Part shown: piece after piece, positions 28,371 through 41,203 of the stretch
Numbering within the stretch: position 1 is the stretch's first letter
How the letters are laid out: each line of letters begins with the position of its first letter
The notes under the pieces: generated by a model
The model's input: only the letters and a program-made list of their open reading frames with translations
What the model was told of the DNA's origin: nothing
Databases searched by the model: none
Source: Octopus vulgaris
Lineage: Eukaryota
Reading direction: 5' to 3'
Length of the DNA: 64,000 bases
Assembly (NCBI GenBank): GCA_951406725.2
Contig: OX597835.1
Span: 17,732,001-17,796,000 of the forward strand
Position numbers and translations under genes: made by a program

Positions 28371-29717
28371 TATATATATATTTATATAAATATACACATA
28401 TATCTGTGTATGCATTAATGTAAGCATGTATGTATGTATGTATAGCGATTATTGCATATCCACACAAGTTAACTGACTCGGGTTGGGCTTGGTTTTGACA
28501 TAAACCGTGGTTAAACTGTAGGAGAATCGCGAATATATCTTTGATTGTATATTAAGACAGTTTAACTAAGATTAAAACTGAGCCCGGTCTAAAACAATTT
28601 GTCAATAAGAAAGACAATGAGAACAACGAGGGAGTTACGGGTAACTCTGTGAGTTCAATCAATAATTAATTCATGACGTATGAGGCACCGTGTATCTTCG
28701 CAACTGTGTATGTATGTGTGTGTCTACGTAGGTGTATCTATTCGATTATTGTGTGTACATCCGCGGGCGTTTAAGCGTGTGGTTGTATGTCGGTATTGTT
28801 TTTGTGTGTATGTAGGTGAATTTACATGCGTGACTTAGCATTTACGTTCACTGATTGAGTGTGGATGTGAGTGAAAATTTCAAAGATAAAAAAAATTTCA
28901 ATGATAACAAAAAAAAAAAGCAGAGCGAGTGAAAGAGTAAAAGAGATAAGGAGGGATAGACAGAGAATAAGAAAATATAAAAAGAAAAACAAGCAACAAA
29001 AGTTAACTAAAAAAAATGTTAATAACTAATTTTCTCTTCTCAATTTTTTTTTGTATTTTGCCTTAATTATTATATATACTATTTTTAAAGACTATTTCAT
29101 TTAATTTTATTTTTATATTCTGAAAATTTTTTTTGGTATTTTATATGATTTGTTTTTAATTTTTTTTACTCTGTTTTGTATCTGATCTTAATCTTTATTT
29201 TACTTATATTTTTAATAAAACTTAAAGTGAAGTTTTTGATATTTTCAGAAACTGCCTGTGGAAACAAAAGAGAACTTTTAGACACTTTCTTAAAAGTAAA
29301 CGATTGGTCTATATGTACTGAAAAACCTGACAAATTCTTCAAGCACTTTTGAATTCAATACATTGATCAGATGTCAATCGAAGCATAAGATCTTACACCA
29401 TTGCATCAAAGCGTTCTATTATCGACATACCATACACAATTGGTTTGACTTATAGGGGCGGTTCTTTTTTTTTTTTTAAACTTTTGCAGAGCTCACTTAC
29501 AGACATTTGGATACTTATATACGCACACACACATATATATACATATGTACATATATATATATGTGTGTGTATGTGTGTGTCTGTGTACGTGCATATGTAT
29601 ATGTATCTATTACTCATATATGTCTATAAGCAAGCGTATATGTATGTGTGTTTATATATATATACATGCATGCATATATATATATACACACATACATACA
29701 TGCATGCATGCATGCAT

Positions 29718-29756
<39 letters not shown>

Positions 29757-29911
29757 CACATACATATACAGAAACGGAGTGAGAGCGAGAGAGAGAGTGG
29801 AGGAAATATCATTGTGAATACAGGGTGGGTGAAAAGTAAGTAGGCATATATATATATATGTGTGTGTGTGTGTGTATGTGTGTTTGTGTGTGTATGTATA
29901 TATGTATGTAC

Positions 29912-30092
29912 GTGCTGGAGCACCGCCTGTAGTCGAGCAAATTGACCCCAGGACTTCTTTCTTTGTAAGCCTAGTACTTACTTTATCGTCCCTTTTGCCA
30001 AATGGCCAAGTTACAGTGACGTAAACATACCAGCGTAGGTTATCAAGCGATGTTGGGCGGACAAACACTGACACACATACACACACGCACAC

Positions 30093-30153
<61 letters not shown>

Positions 30154-30317
30154 CGATGGGCTTCTTTCAGTTTCCGTCTACCAAATCCACTCACAAGGTT
30201 TTGGTCGGCCCGAGGCTATAGTAGAAGATAGTCGCCCAAGGTGGCACGCAGTAGGACTGAACCCGGAACCATGAGGTTGGTTAGCAAGCTACTTACCACA
30301 CACCACTCCTGTGCCTA
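29912..30317 (-). mobile_element. SINE family B
   Basis: Same head, CORE-like block and body; tail truncated. Confidence 0.85.
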
Positions 30318-30461
30318 TATATGCACACATATATATATATATTTACATATGTAAATACTTGTATACTTAGATGCACACACGCACACACACAAAACACACA
30401 CGCGCGCACACACACACACACACGCTCGCACACACCCGGCCTTACTTCTTTTATTAACTGA

Positions 30462-30780
30462 CTAGCAGTATCGCCCGGCGTTGCTCGGGTTTGTAAGGGA
30501 AATAACTATAAAGCATTTTTAGAGAGTTATAGCCAAAAAATAGCCAAAAAATGGGAAAAAAAATTATGGTAATTTTTTTTTTTGAGAGTTAAAAAGGTCG
30601 AGTTGCGTCCCCATGACCATCTGTGGTTTGTGTTTCTGATTGTCGACCCCATGTCGAATTTATCGATCTTTTTCAGAACTGGGGGAACTTTTCAAAATTT
30701 TCGCGTGGTCAGGGTGAGGGTACAACCTAACAGACACACAGACACGCACACAGACAAACTGCCGCTTATATAGAGAGAGA
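30462..30780 (-). mobile_element. Non-autonomous Helitron
   Basis: Minus strand: A|TCTCTCTCTATATAA..CCCGAGCAACGCCGGG hairpin..CTAG|T. Confidence 0.88.
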
Positions 30781-31042
30781 TAGCATCCCAAAACGTACCA
30801 TTTGCGACTCCGTGAGTGATAGCTTAGAGAGTGCTCCAAAGCACAAAGTAATCTATGATGAAACCATAAGTCAATAGAAATTGAATAAACAAAATCTATG
30901 TTGGAGCGTTTGGTCCGAAGTAAAAGAAGAAAAATAAATGCTTCGGTGAAAATGTGCCTGCTGGAATTCTTTTTTTAAAGATAATGATAACATACTTGAA
31001 TATTGTATATATAAATATATGTATATATATATATTATAGAGA

Positions 31043-31508
31043 TCGGACTCGCAGTCGCAGGATCGTGGTTTCAATTCCCAGACCGGTCATTGTGAGTGTT
31101 TATTGAGCGAAAACACCAAAAGCTCCACGAGACTCCGGCAGGGGGTGGTTTTGAACCCTGCTGTACTCTTTCACCACAACTTTCTCTCACTTTTTCTTCC
31201 TGTTTCTGTTGTATCTGTATTTCAAAGGGACTAGCCTTGTCACGCTGTATCTCCTCGAGAACTACGTTAAGGGTACAAGTGTCTGTGGAGTGCTCAGCCA
31301 CTTGTACGTTAATAAATGAGCTGCGACATCACTGGTGCCAAGCTGTATCGGCCTTTGTCTTTCCCTTGGATAACACCAGTGGCATGGGGAGGAGGGGCGG
31401 CTGGTATGCGTGGGCGACTGCTGGTCTGCTATAAACAACCTTTTCCAGACTTGTGCCTCGGAGGGTAACTTTTTAAGTGCAATCCCATGGTCATTCATGA
31501 CCGAAGGC
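31043..31508 (+). mobile_element. SINE family C with a third tail
   Basis: Follows 47097 up to CACTTGTACGTTAAT, then diverges. Confidence 0.82.
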
Positions 31509-31807
31509 AAACACACCCGCACACGTACACACTCACTCACACACAGACACGAATACTCACACACGCATAGAGACACACACATACATACACGCTTACATAC
31601 GAACGCAAGACACATAGGCACACACAGAAATATTGACAAATGTAAAGATATATTGTGTGTATGTGTGAGAGAGTGAGAGATAGGTTATAGGGACATTATC
31701 ATTTTATTAATGGACCATGACTGAAGTGAAAAATGTCCTCCCTATCATACACACATATTGTGCATATTGTACCGTTATCATACATATGCTGGCACAGATA
31801 AACAGGG

Positions 31808-31847
<40 letters not shown>

Positions 31848-32272
31848 CGAGAGACTAAGAGTAGAAAGTGAAGTGATAGGAAGAGAACGAACAAAACATT
31901 TAAACGTCTGATGTCAAATAAGTCAGCGTCGAACCGACGATGCCAAATAAGCGGCACCAAACAGCTATGCCGAAACATATTATACTGCTAGAGACTTTGT
32001 AAATACTATAGAATATGCTTGGGAATAATGTAAAATCACTTTGGACATGAACGAAAAGTTGTGGAAAAAAAGTAAATATTTTCAAAAGCTAATAAGATCA
32101 CAAGATCAAGTGGCCTAAAGAGTTTTTCTTCAGAAAAGAAAACGATTTTTCGTCACCAATAATATTGTCTGACGATAGCAAATTTTGCCAATTTGCCGAT
32201 TGAACCCGTACACACACACAAACACATTCTTAAATATATATACGCACAGATATGCAGACAAATATCAAAATA

Positions 32273-32684
32273 TACTCTTTACTCTTTTACTTGTTTCAGT
32301 CATTTGACTGCGGTCATGCTGGAGCACCGCCTTTAATCGAGCAACTCGACCCCGGGACTTATTCTTTTGTAAGCCCAGTACTTATTCTATCGGTCTCTTT
32401 TGTCGAACCGCTAAGTAACGGGGACACACCAGCATCGGTTGTCAAGCAATGCGAGGGTGGGGGGGGACAAACACAGGCACACAAACACACACATGCATAG
32501 ATATATATATACATATATACGACGGGCTTCTTTTCAGTTTCCGTCTACCAAATCCACTCACAAGGCTTTGGTCGGCCCGAGGCTATAGTAGAAGACACTA
32601 GCCCAAGGTGCCACGCAGTGGGACTGAACCCGGCACCATGTGGTTGGTAAACAAGCTACTTACCACACAGCCACTCCTGCACCT
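32273..32684 (-). mobile_element. SINE family B, near full length
   Basis: High similarity to 17800-18228. Confidence 0.88.
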
Positions 32685-32813
32685 ATATACATACATATAT
32701 TTTCCCTATACTCGCTTAATAATACTCTGACTCAGTTAAATAGAGTTGAGAGATTCATAAACGCGAAAAGCAAGCCTGTTCCCTCAGATGCCGAAAATAC
32801 CAACTTGTATGAT

Positions 32814-32854
<41 letters not shown>

Positions 32855-33049
32855 AGAAATATTTTACGAAAAGAAAATATAAAATACACGTGGAAATGTA
32901 AGGGTAGAATATGAAAAATCAACGAAAATTACATATTGCAAATAAAAAAAGGCTATTTATGACAGGTAACGACAAGTATATACATTTAGATTGACTGAGG
33001 TAGTAATACGAGTCATAAAAGTCATTATTATGAGATGATTATAAGATGA

Positions 33050-33422
33050 CTAGCAGTATCGCCCGGCGTTGCTCGGGTTTGTAAGGGAAATAACTATAAA
33101 GCATTTTTAGAGAGTTATAGCCAAAAAATAGCAAAAAAATGGAAAAAAAATTATGGTAAATTTATTTTTGAGAGTTAAAAAGGTGGAGTTGCGTCCCCTA
33201 GACAGTTCTGATTATCGACCCCATGTCGAATTTATCGATTTTTTTTTCAGAACTGGGGGAATTTTTCAAAATTTTCGCTGCGTTAGTTTTGAATTATGAC
33301 ATTGGGCTATGTGTGTGTCAAGTTTCATCAGAATCGGTTGAAAGCCGTGGTCAGGGTGAGGGTACAAGCAAACAGACACACAGAAGCACGCACAGACAAA
33401 CTGCCGTTTATATAGAGAGAGA
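33050..33422 (-). mobile_element. Non-autonomous Helitron, same family
   Basis: Same TC start, hairpin and CTAG end, inserted between A and T. Its internal deletions differ from the 30462 copy. Confidence 0.88.
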
Positions 33423-33517
33423 TAATAAAGTAAGAGAACAACACGAACCAATAGTTTACGTAAAGCTAGAACAACACCGGTTAATACACGGTGTCAGGTC
33501 TAATAGTTCCTGATCTG

Positions 33518-33575
<58 letters not shown>

Positions 33576-34089
33576 CAGTAATAAATCTCTGTGACAATCA
33601 CGAGTTTGTCTCTTTATTAGAGGCACAAGGCCTGAATAGAGAGAGGTCATACACAAACCTGCGGGACACAAAAACATATAAAAGAATGAATTACAATGAA
33701 TCAAATTATAATGAATATGAGACGGTTTTCTCGGTCCCGCTCCGAAACGAAACCGCTATTACTTTTTTACAATTAAACGTTCTTACAGTCTTTTTTATTT
33801 TTTAGCTTGTTCTTTTTCTTAGTCTTTTTTTGTATCGTTTTTTTTTTCTTTTTTCTTTATACATTTTAACAGTCTATTTTTCTCTTTTTTTATGAAGTAC
33901 AAATTTTACTTACCTATTTTTTAAAAGTTCATCAAATTCCGCCGAGGTCGACTTTGTCTTTCATCCTTACGGGGTCGATAAATTAAGTACCGCTAACGCA
34001 CTGGGGTCGATGTAAACGATTTAATCCCTTTGTCTGTCCTTGTTTGTCCCCTCTATGTTTAGCCCCTTGTGGGTAATAAAGAAATATAT

Positions 34090-34748
34090 TTTTAAAAAGT
34101 TCATAAAAGGCTCCAAATCTTGTAATTCCACGACCGGTGGGAGCTCGTCAAACTTGACTTCAACCCCCAGCGGGTCTATGAAAAGTCCAAGCATCTCTCT
34201 TGATTTCAAAAATCTCTCTTTATCTATGACTATTCCTTTAGTGTATTCCGGGTATTTTCCTGGCGACAGCTTTGCTCTTATTACCGATTTATATTTTACA
34301 ATCGATTTCTCTATTCCTTTACTTTTGGTATACCTGACCAAATGCCACTTATATCTCTTCCTTTTCACTTCTGCTTGCTTCGGCTCCCGTCCTGATCTCT
34401 TTGGGCGAGCAGAATCATCATAACCAAATTTATAAACGCTTCCTCTGTTGTAATGCTGTTTTTTCGCCTTCTTTCACTACTGCTGCTGGTGGTGCTTCAC
34501 ACCTATTTCTCTTTTCTTCTATCACAATATCCTTTACTCTTTTTTCGACTGTCTGGGTGAGAATTCACCCGTTCCTCTCTCTTCCTCGTGTTTACTACTG
34601 TGAAGGGTTCCTCCACTCTATCTGTCTCTTTTGTTGGTATACCTCTTTACTTCTTCTCTTCGTTTTCCTTCTGGGGACATCTTGCTTTCATGTGCCCCTT
34701 TTTGCCGTATAGGAAGCATAGGTCTTCCTTCTACTGTTATTCGAAGTG
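34090..34748 (-). pseudogene. Second, diverged zinc-knuckle ORF1-like fragment
   Basis: ITVEGRP / CFLYGKKGHMKARCP (frameshifted) at ~34675-34745, followed by broken coding-like sequence. Confidence 0.55.
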
Positions 34749-34952
34749 ATTTTATTACTACCCACAAGGGGCGAACATAGAGGGGACAATACAATCGGGG
34801 AACTTAAAATAAGAAAGCGAAATGACAAGAAGGGAAAAAATAAAAATAAAAATGACAAATGAAAGAATATTTACAATGAGATGCAAATGCCCACTCGATC
34901 CCCTGTTATTCGAAGTCTGCCGTCTTCTGGGAGTATTATTTTCTCCGCTATA

Positions 34953-35374
34953 CTATGCAACACTCTTTGCCACTCTCCTCGTCCATTCATCGAATTTCGC
35001 ATTTCTAGCTTTACTTTCTTCACTTATTGTTATTGTTTTCTGTTCCTGAGTTCGAATCTCTGTACTTTCTTTTTCACTTACTGTTGTCTTTTTTTCTTCT
35101 TTACCTGTTTTATTTTTCGTAGGGATTTTTGGTGTTGACTCCACCCTCGTTCTCTTTCTTTCTACCGTTATTTCTTCTTCCCTTTTCTCTTCTTCTTCTT
35201 CTTCTTCTTCCTCCTCTCTCGCTGCGTCGCTGCACATTTCCATCTCTTCCACCTGCACTTCTCTTAGGGGACACTTTGCTTGCATATGTCCCCCACTTTT
35301 ACATTTGTAACATATTGGTGGTCTCCCCTCCACCACGACTCTCAGTCGGGTTTCGTCGGGGAGCACCAACTCCT
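34953..35374 (-). pseudogene. Retroelement ORF1/gag-like fragment with CCHC zinc knuckle
   Basis: LRVVVEGRPPICYKCKSGGHMQAKCP (CX2CX4HX4C) followed by a charged low-complexity tail. Confidence 0.75.
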
Positions 35375-35680
35375 CTTCGTTGCCAAGTTCCCCCAACTTC
35401 TCGAGCGTCATTAGTGAAATGTGTGGTCGAGCATTGTCATGAAGAAGGATTGTCCATCTTCTGTTGACCGGTTTGAGACTGAGGAGTAACAGTTTTTCGT
35501 TCATTTTGGTAATTTCATGGCAATATGTTTCTAAAGTAATGGTGCTTTCCTGGTTTTCAGAAGTCATAGTGGATGAGTCCAGCAGTACACCACCAAACAG
35601 TCGCCATAGCCTTCTTTTTGAAGAGTTTTTTGAAGGCTTTCGGTGCTTCATTTTGGTCCAACCACTGCGTAGAACGTTTT
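35375..35680 (-). pseudogene. Mariner transposase catalytic-domain fragment
   Basis: QWLDQNEAPK..KKAMATVWWCTAGLIHYDF, then TITLETYCHEI..ILLHDNARPH..TLEKLGELG. Confidence 0.88.
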
Positions 35681-35904
35681 TTTTTTAATTACTGTACAGA
35701 ATACTCTTTTCATCGCAAGTTATAATCTTGGTAATAAGGTTTAGTGCTTCATCGAGAAACTGATCGGTTTGGTTGCGGAGAAGAAGCGACGACAAAAATT
35801 TCATATCTGCGTATTTTCTGATTTTCATTTAAATCATGTGGTACTCAAGGGTTTTGATTTTCGGATCGCATCCAAATGGTTGCAGGCAGTTTTCTGGCAA
35901 ACTT

Positions 35905-36173
35905 GAAATTCTCGAGTGGTTTTACGCGGATCTTTCTCAATGACGGTCTTTAATTGACCGTCATCGATGACAGATGGGCGTCCACAACGCTCACGATCTT
36001 TCAAGGTTCAGGTCCCCTCTGCGAAATCGTTTAAACCATTTTCGGGCTAACCACTCACTGGTCATTTCCTCACTAAACGTTTCGTTGATATTGCGAGCAG
36101 TTTCAGCTGCTTTACGCCCTTTTTTGAAGTTGAATAGGAAAATTGTTCGAATATCGGGCTCTGACAGTTGCAT
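35905..36173 (-). pseudogene. Mariner transposase N-terminal HTH fragment (Hsmar1/cecropia-like)
   Basis: IRTIFLFNFKKGRKAAETARNIN..WFKRFRRGD, frameshift, then EDRERCGRPSVIDD..IEKDPRKTTRE. Confidence 0.88.
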
Positions 36174-36547
36174 TTCAGATCATTGTAAGATCGGATAAAA
36201 ATATATCAGTATTAATTCGTCGTCGCATTTGGGCAAGTCTATGTCTGTATTAACAGACAACTGCAGAAAAAAACAAGAAACAAAATAAAAGAAAATAGAA
36301 ATGTTTAAAAACTTCAAATCTGTGCAATAATCCTGTACAAATTCTTCATGGTTCAAAGCGTTGCTTAATTTATACTCAGCCTGTTACATACATACATACA
36401 CACACACATACATACATACACACACACATACATACACATACACGCATACAAACATACATACATACACACACAACACGCATACACACATACATACATACAC
36501 ACATACATACATACATACATGCATACATACATGCATACATACATACC

Positions 36548-36920
36548 TCACAGATAGAAGCATATATATTATGGTTTTACATATAATTATTCAACCGACA
36601 CTGAAGCCACAATGTGATTATATAGACACCAACACATGCATACACACATACATACACATACATACACATACATACACACACATACATACACATATACCAC
36701 ACAGACAGAAGCATATATATTGCGGTTTTACATTTCTTATACTTATTTAACCGATACAGAGACCTCACTGTGATTATATAGACACACACACATGCATTCA
36801 CAGAAGCATACACACATACATAAATACATGCATACATACATACTGCTGAAAGGGAGACACATGCCCATATATATAGCGGTTTTACAGTTTTCTCCCTTAT
36901 TTCACCGGCAATGAAGATTC
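36548..36920. repeat. Three diverged ~152-bp tandem units with embedded (CATA)n
   Basis: GGTTTTACA..TTATT..ACCG at ~36573, 36724 and 36878. Confidence 0.65.
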
Positions 36921-37427
36921 AAATATAATATAATAAAAACGTAATAACTTCATGCAAGTTCGTTCAAAATAAATCAAATACATCCTATTATGAAATTTCG
37001 GTGGATGAAATCTATGTAATGTGTCGTTCGAAACCCAAATCCCATTATTTTGAAGGGATTCCTTAATATCTCAGATTTGACCGGACAGACAAGACTTGGA
37101 TGAAATAGTTAATAATACACTAATCTCTTCGGTCATTAGGCCTTTCAGCTCTGGATTTCAGGTAATTTTCGAGGATCTTGTTCGCATCCTTCTATTAATA
37201 TTTTTCCTCATGTCGTTCCATTGGATAAAGATTTGGGTTTCGAACGACACATTACATAGATTTCATCCACCGAAATTTCATGCTTTTCCAAGAATACGAA
37301 ATCTTGGTAATAAGGTGTAGTGCTTCATCGCGAAAATCTTTGTAAACGTAGTAATTCCGACATTGGAATTCATGAGTTCTAGATTCTCTTGAGAAACGGC
37401 TGAAATATATATATATATATATATATA

Positions 37428-37600
37428 TTTCTTTCCTTGTTTCTTTCTGTGTTTCTTATCTGTGTATCTTTCTGTTGAAGAGCGTAGGCTCGAAACGTAA
37501 AAGACTTGTTTTATTTATATTCCTGAGCGCCATACTAATACAATTGTTTGTTTGTATTCCACCTGCTTTCGTTTTTTGTTTATTTTCATAAAGCTTCCCG

Positions 37601-37602
<2 letters not shown>
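37428..37602 (+). mobile_element. Solo PLE pLTR in (TA)n, hammerhead motif at 37467-37504
   Basis: Closely matches the reverse complement of 58038-58215. Motif UCUUU-CUGUUGA-A-GAGC-GUAG-GCUC-GAA-ACGU-A-AAAGA. TA tracts on both sides. Confidence 0.88.
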
Positions 37603-37656
<54 letters not shown>

Positions 37657-37946
37657 GTGTATTCGTATTTCAAAATAGAAAATTACCCTTTAACAGGAAA
37701 ATTTTTACATGCTAGAAATAGCACCCAACACGGCCAAAAACCACAATTTTATAGCAAATTTCGAAGTAAATGAAAAATAAAAACCTTTACCTTGTTATTT
37801 AACGGTTATACCGTGGTTTCAAATTTCTTTAGCAAATAATATTGCTTGCCATCTTTTAATAGATAATTTAGCAAGGCCATATTATCTGCCAGGCGAATTC
37901 TCGTCAGTAACCGGCCTAAACAACTAACTTATAATTCAATTATAAT

Positions 37947-38008
<62 letters not shown>

Positions 38009-38032
38009 ATATACATATACATACATACATGC

Positions 38033-38066
<34 letters not shown>

Positions 38067-38090
38067 ATATACATATACATACATACGTGC

Positions 38091-38140
<50 letters not shown>

Positions 38141-38578
38141 ACTTATAGGGTACTGTAGAAGTGTAAGGATTTCAAATCCGAACAGGTACGTTATGAGCAC
38201 TCATACAATCCAGATCTGGCCAACAACATCGAATGATAGGAATCATTCATAATTGTCTCAGATAAACAGTGTATATTAATAGAAGGTTTCAATAAGAATA
38301 TACTCGAAAATTGCTTGATACCCTGGGCGCCGAAAGGCGTATCATCCAAAGAGAGAAATATACGTGGATTAGTGTGTCATTAACTATGTCACCCAAGTTT
38401 TGCCTGTCCGGTCAAATCTGAGATATTAAGGAAACCCTTCATAATAATGAGATGTATTTGATTTATTTTGAAGTCATTACAACTTTCTAATATCATTTAT
38501 ACGCTGGCTGTAATAAATTGGAATATCAGGAAGCCGTATTATCAGTTAAATAAGGTGGATAAACGTAAAATAATTCTA

Positions 38579-38639
<61 letters not shown>

Positions 38640-38777
38640 ATCTATCTATCTTTCTATCTATCTATCTATCTATCTATCTACCTATCTATCTACTTAGGTG
38701 CATATATATACATACAAATATATATATATACATATATATATACATATATATAAACATATATATATATACACACACAC

Positions 38778-38832
<55 letters not shown>

Positions 38833-38836
<4 letters not shown>

Positions 38837-39038
38837 ACCTCGTGTGTACAGTTGGCGATTTTGTTTCCTCTGTCTTCCCTTCTCCGGATCTTTCCTTCTC
38901 CTATGTTTCCGACGAAGAGCTCCGCTCGAAACGTTAAACCCTCCTTCTTTCCTTCCTTCCTGAGCGTCCAATAATACTATATTTGTTCCACGTCCTCGCA
39001 TTGTTGTGTCTTTTTGTGCTTTCTTGTTTGGATTAAGT
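38833..39038 (+). mobile_element. Solo PLE pLTR of a related family in (TA)n, hammerhead motif at 38905-38939
   Basis: GUUU-CCGACGA-A-GAGC-UCC-GCUC-GAA-ACGU-U-AAAC, with the shared downstream TTCCTGAGCG..TAATAC. Flanked by TA tracts. Confidence 0.75.
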
Positions 39039-39234
39039 ATATATATATATTTATACACACGTTATAAATATTATCTATGAGGTTTTTATTCCCATGCTAG
39101 CCACTTGATATGATCAGTATTTCAGATAACGATCTTATCCTCCTTTATATAAATTTATATACATACATACCTATATAGATAGATAGATATACCTATGTAT
39201 ATATATACACTCAGAATATACATATATATACATA

Positions 39235-39283
<49 letters not shown>

Positions 39284-39387
39284 GTATATATATATACATA
39301 TATATGTACACACACACACACACACATATACATACATATGTATACATATATATAATATATTTATATTTATATCTACAACTACATCTA

Positions 39388-39459
<72 letters not shown>

Positions 39460-39471
39460 AATATAAAAATT

Positions 39472-39720
39472 ACATGCCCTTTTTAAACCCTAGCCAGTTT
39501 CACGTGCCCGGTTTCCCGGTTTTTATAACGTGCGTATGTGTTCCCCAGCTGGACGGGACGCCAGTCCATCGCAGCGTTACTCATTTTTGCCAGCTGAGTG
39601 GACTGGAGCAACGTGAAGTGAAGTGTTTTGCTCAAGATCACTGCGCGCCGCCCTATCCAGGAATCGAAACCACAATCTTACGATCATGTTGCTGACACCC
39701 TAACCACTAAACCATGCGCC
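39472..39720 (-). mobile_element. tRNA-derived SINE family D (CORE-like plus V-domain-like block)
   Basis: GGCGCATGGTTTAGTGGTTAGG..GGTTTCGATTCC..CTTGAGCAAAACACTT..TGCGATGGACTGGCGTCCCGTCCAG. Older relatives at ~15725-15960(+) and 50870-51000(-). Confidence 0.8.
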
Positions 39721-39722
39721 CC

Positions 39723-39807
<85 letters not shown>

Positions 39808-39825
39808 TATATATATATATATATA

Positions 39826-40384
39826 TAAATAATTAAATTTCGGGTGAATTAGGTAAAGAAGTGGCCGCAGGAAGTCAGTCGTTTATTATCCGCACAGCAT
39901 AATTTAGGTGAATAAAATGAAATAATTAACAGGATGTCAGATATTAATGCAATACGACCATTTAATAGAACAATGCAAGCATTACATCAATTTAAATAAA
40001 GTGCCATCTTCAGTTGCAAAAATTATGGATTTTCAACAGACAAGATATATTAATATACTTTTTCTCAAATATTTTATCACAGCTAGAGGACGAAAAAATT
40101 CCATGTCGCCACTTTGCAGCTGAAATAAGCTAAGAAAAAGACAACTGCAATTTTGGAGTGGCAGGAATGGATCACAGTAGGGGTGGGCATGGGGTTGTAA
40201 TTCATTTCCGATTTTTATCTATCTCCTCATTACCTTCAAACGATCTAATGTTAGTAGACTTCATATAATTGTGAATTAAAAGCATTATGAGTTGACAGTT
40301 GAGAATTGGCTGCTGATCATAAATAAATCATTGTTCTATTAAATGGTCGTATTGCATTAATATCTGACATTCTGTTACTTATTT
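39826..40384 (-). mobile_element. Fold-back element with ~56-bp inverted arms, next to (TA)n
   Basis: 39920-39975 versus 40329-40384 is an inverted match with ~2 mismatches. A decayed GCAA-CUGAAGA...UUGC motif lies on the minus strand near 39974-40019. Confidence 0.5.
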
Positions 40385-40766
40385 ATTCTCTAGAAAAACG
40401 ACGACGTCGTGGTGATCTCATTCTTGCTCACAACATCATAAGCGGAAAGTGTAACCTCTCGAAAGAGCTGTTATTCACTCCTGCTCCAGAGCGTCGGCTT
40501 CGGGGTCATTCCGAAAAGTTCTATCTGCGACGATTTCATCTCAATCGAAGGAGAGGGACTTTCTCCGTCCGGGTTGCGGATCCGTGGAATAAGCTGCCGG
40601 ACGAGATAGTGAAGATACCGACGACCGCTCGGTTCAAAGTCTCTCTTGACCAGAAATGGCCTGAACTCTTTGCATGATCATCCCTGTACATAACTACATG
40701 TCCCTCTACATGGCCTTGCTTTTTGCTTTTCGAGCCAAAAAATTAACTTAACTTAACTTAACTTAA
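40384..40766 (+). mobile_element. CR1-clade LINE 3' end (open 97-codon C-terminus, UTR, (TTAAC)n tail)
   Basis: SLEKRRRRGDLILAHNII..RLRGHSEK..FSVRVADPWNKLPDEIV..FKVSLD, stop at 40675-40677, tail TTAACTTAACTTAACTTAA. Confidence 0.9.
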
Positions 40767-40798
40767 ATCAATCATATCGTTCACTTGATAACAATGGC

Positions 40799-40862
<64 letters not shown>

Positions 40863-40920
40863 GTGGTGATGGTAATGATGGTGGTAATGACGTTGATGAT
40901 AACGATGATGATCATGATGG

Positions 40921-40952
<32 letters not shown>

Positions 40953-40989
40953 ATGATGAGATTGATGATGATGATGAGGAGGAGGTGGC

Positions 40990-41024
<35 letters not shown>

Positions 41025-41203
41025 GTGATAGTGCCGATGATTTCTCTCTGACAAGATTAAATATATTTGGATGGTTGGTTCTTTACAATTCCTTTAAGTT
41101 TTGCTTTATGAATTTCTTCCCTAGTTTTACGTCTAAAGGCTTATACACCATGTTTAATCCACTCGCTCCAAGTTTCCGTTATGAGAACAAAGCAACAAGA
41201 AAT

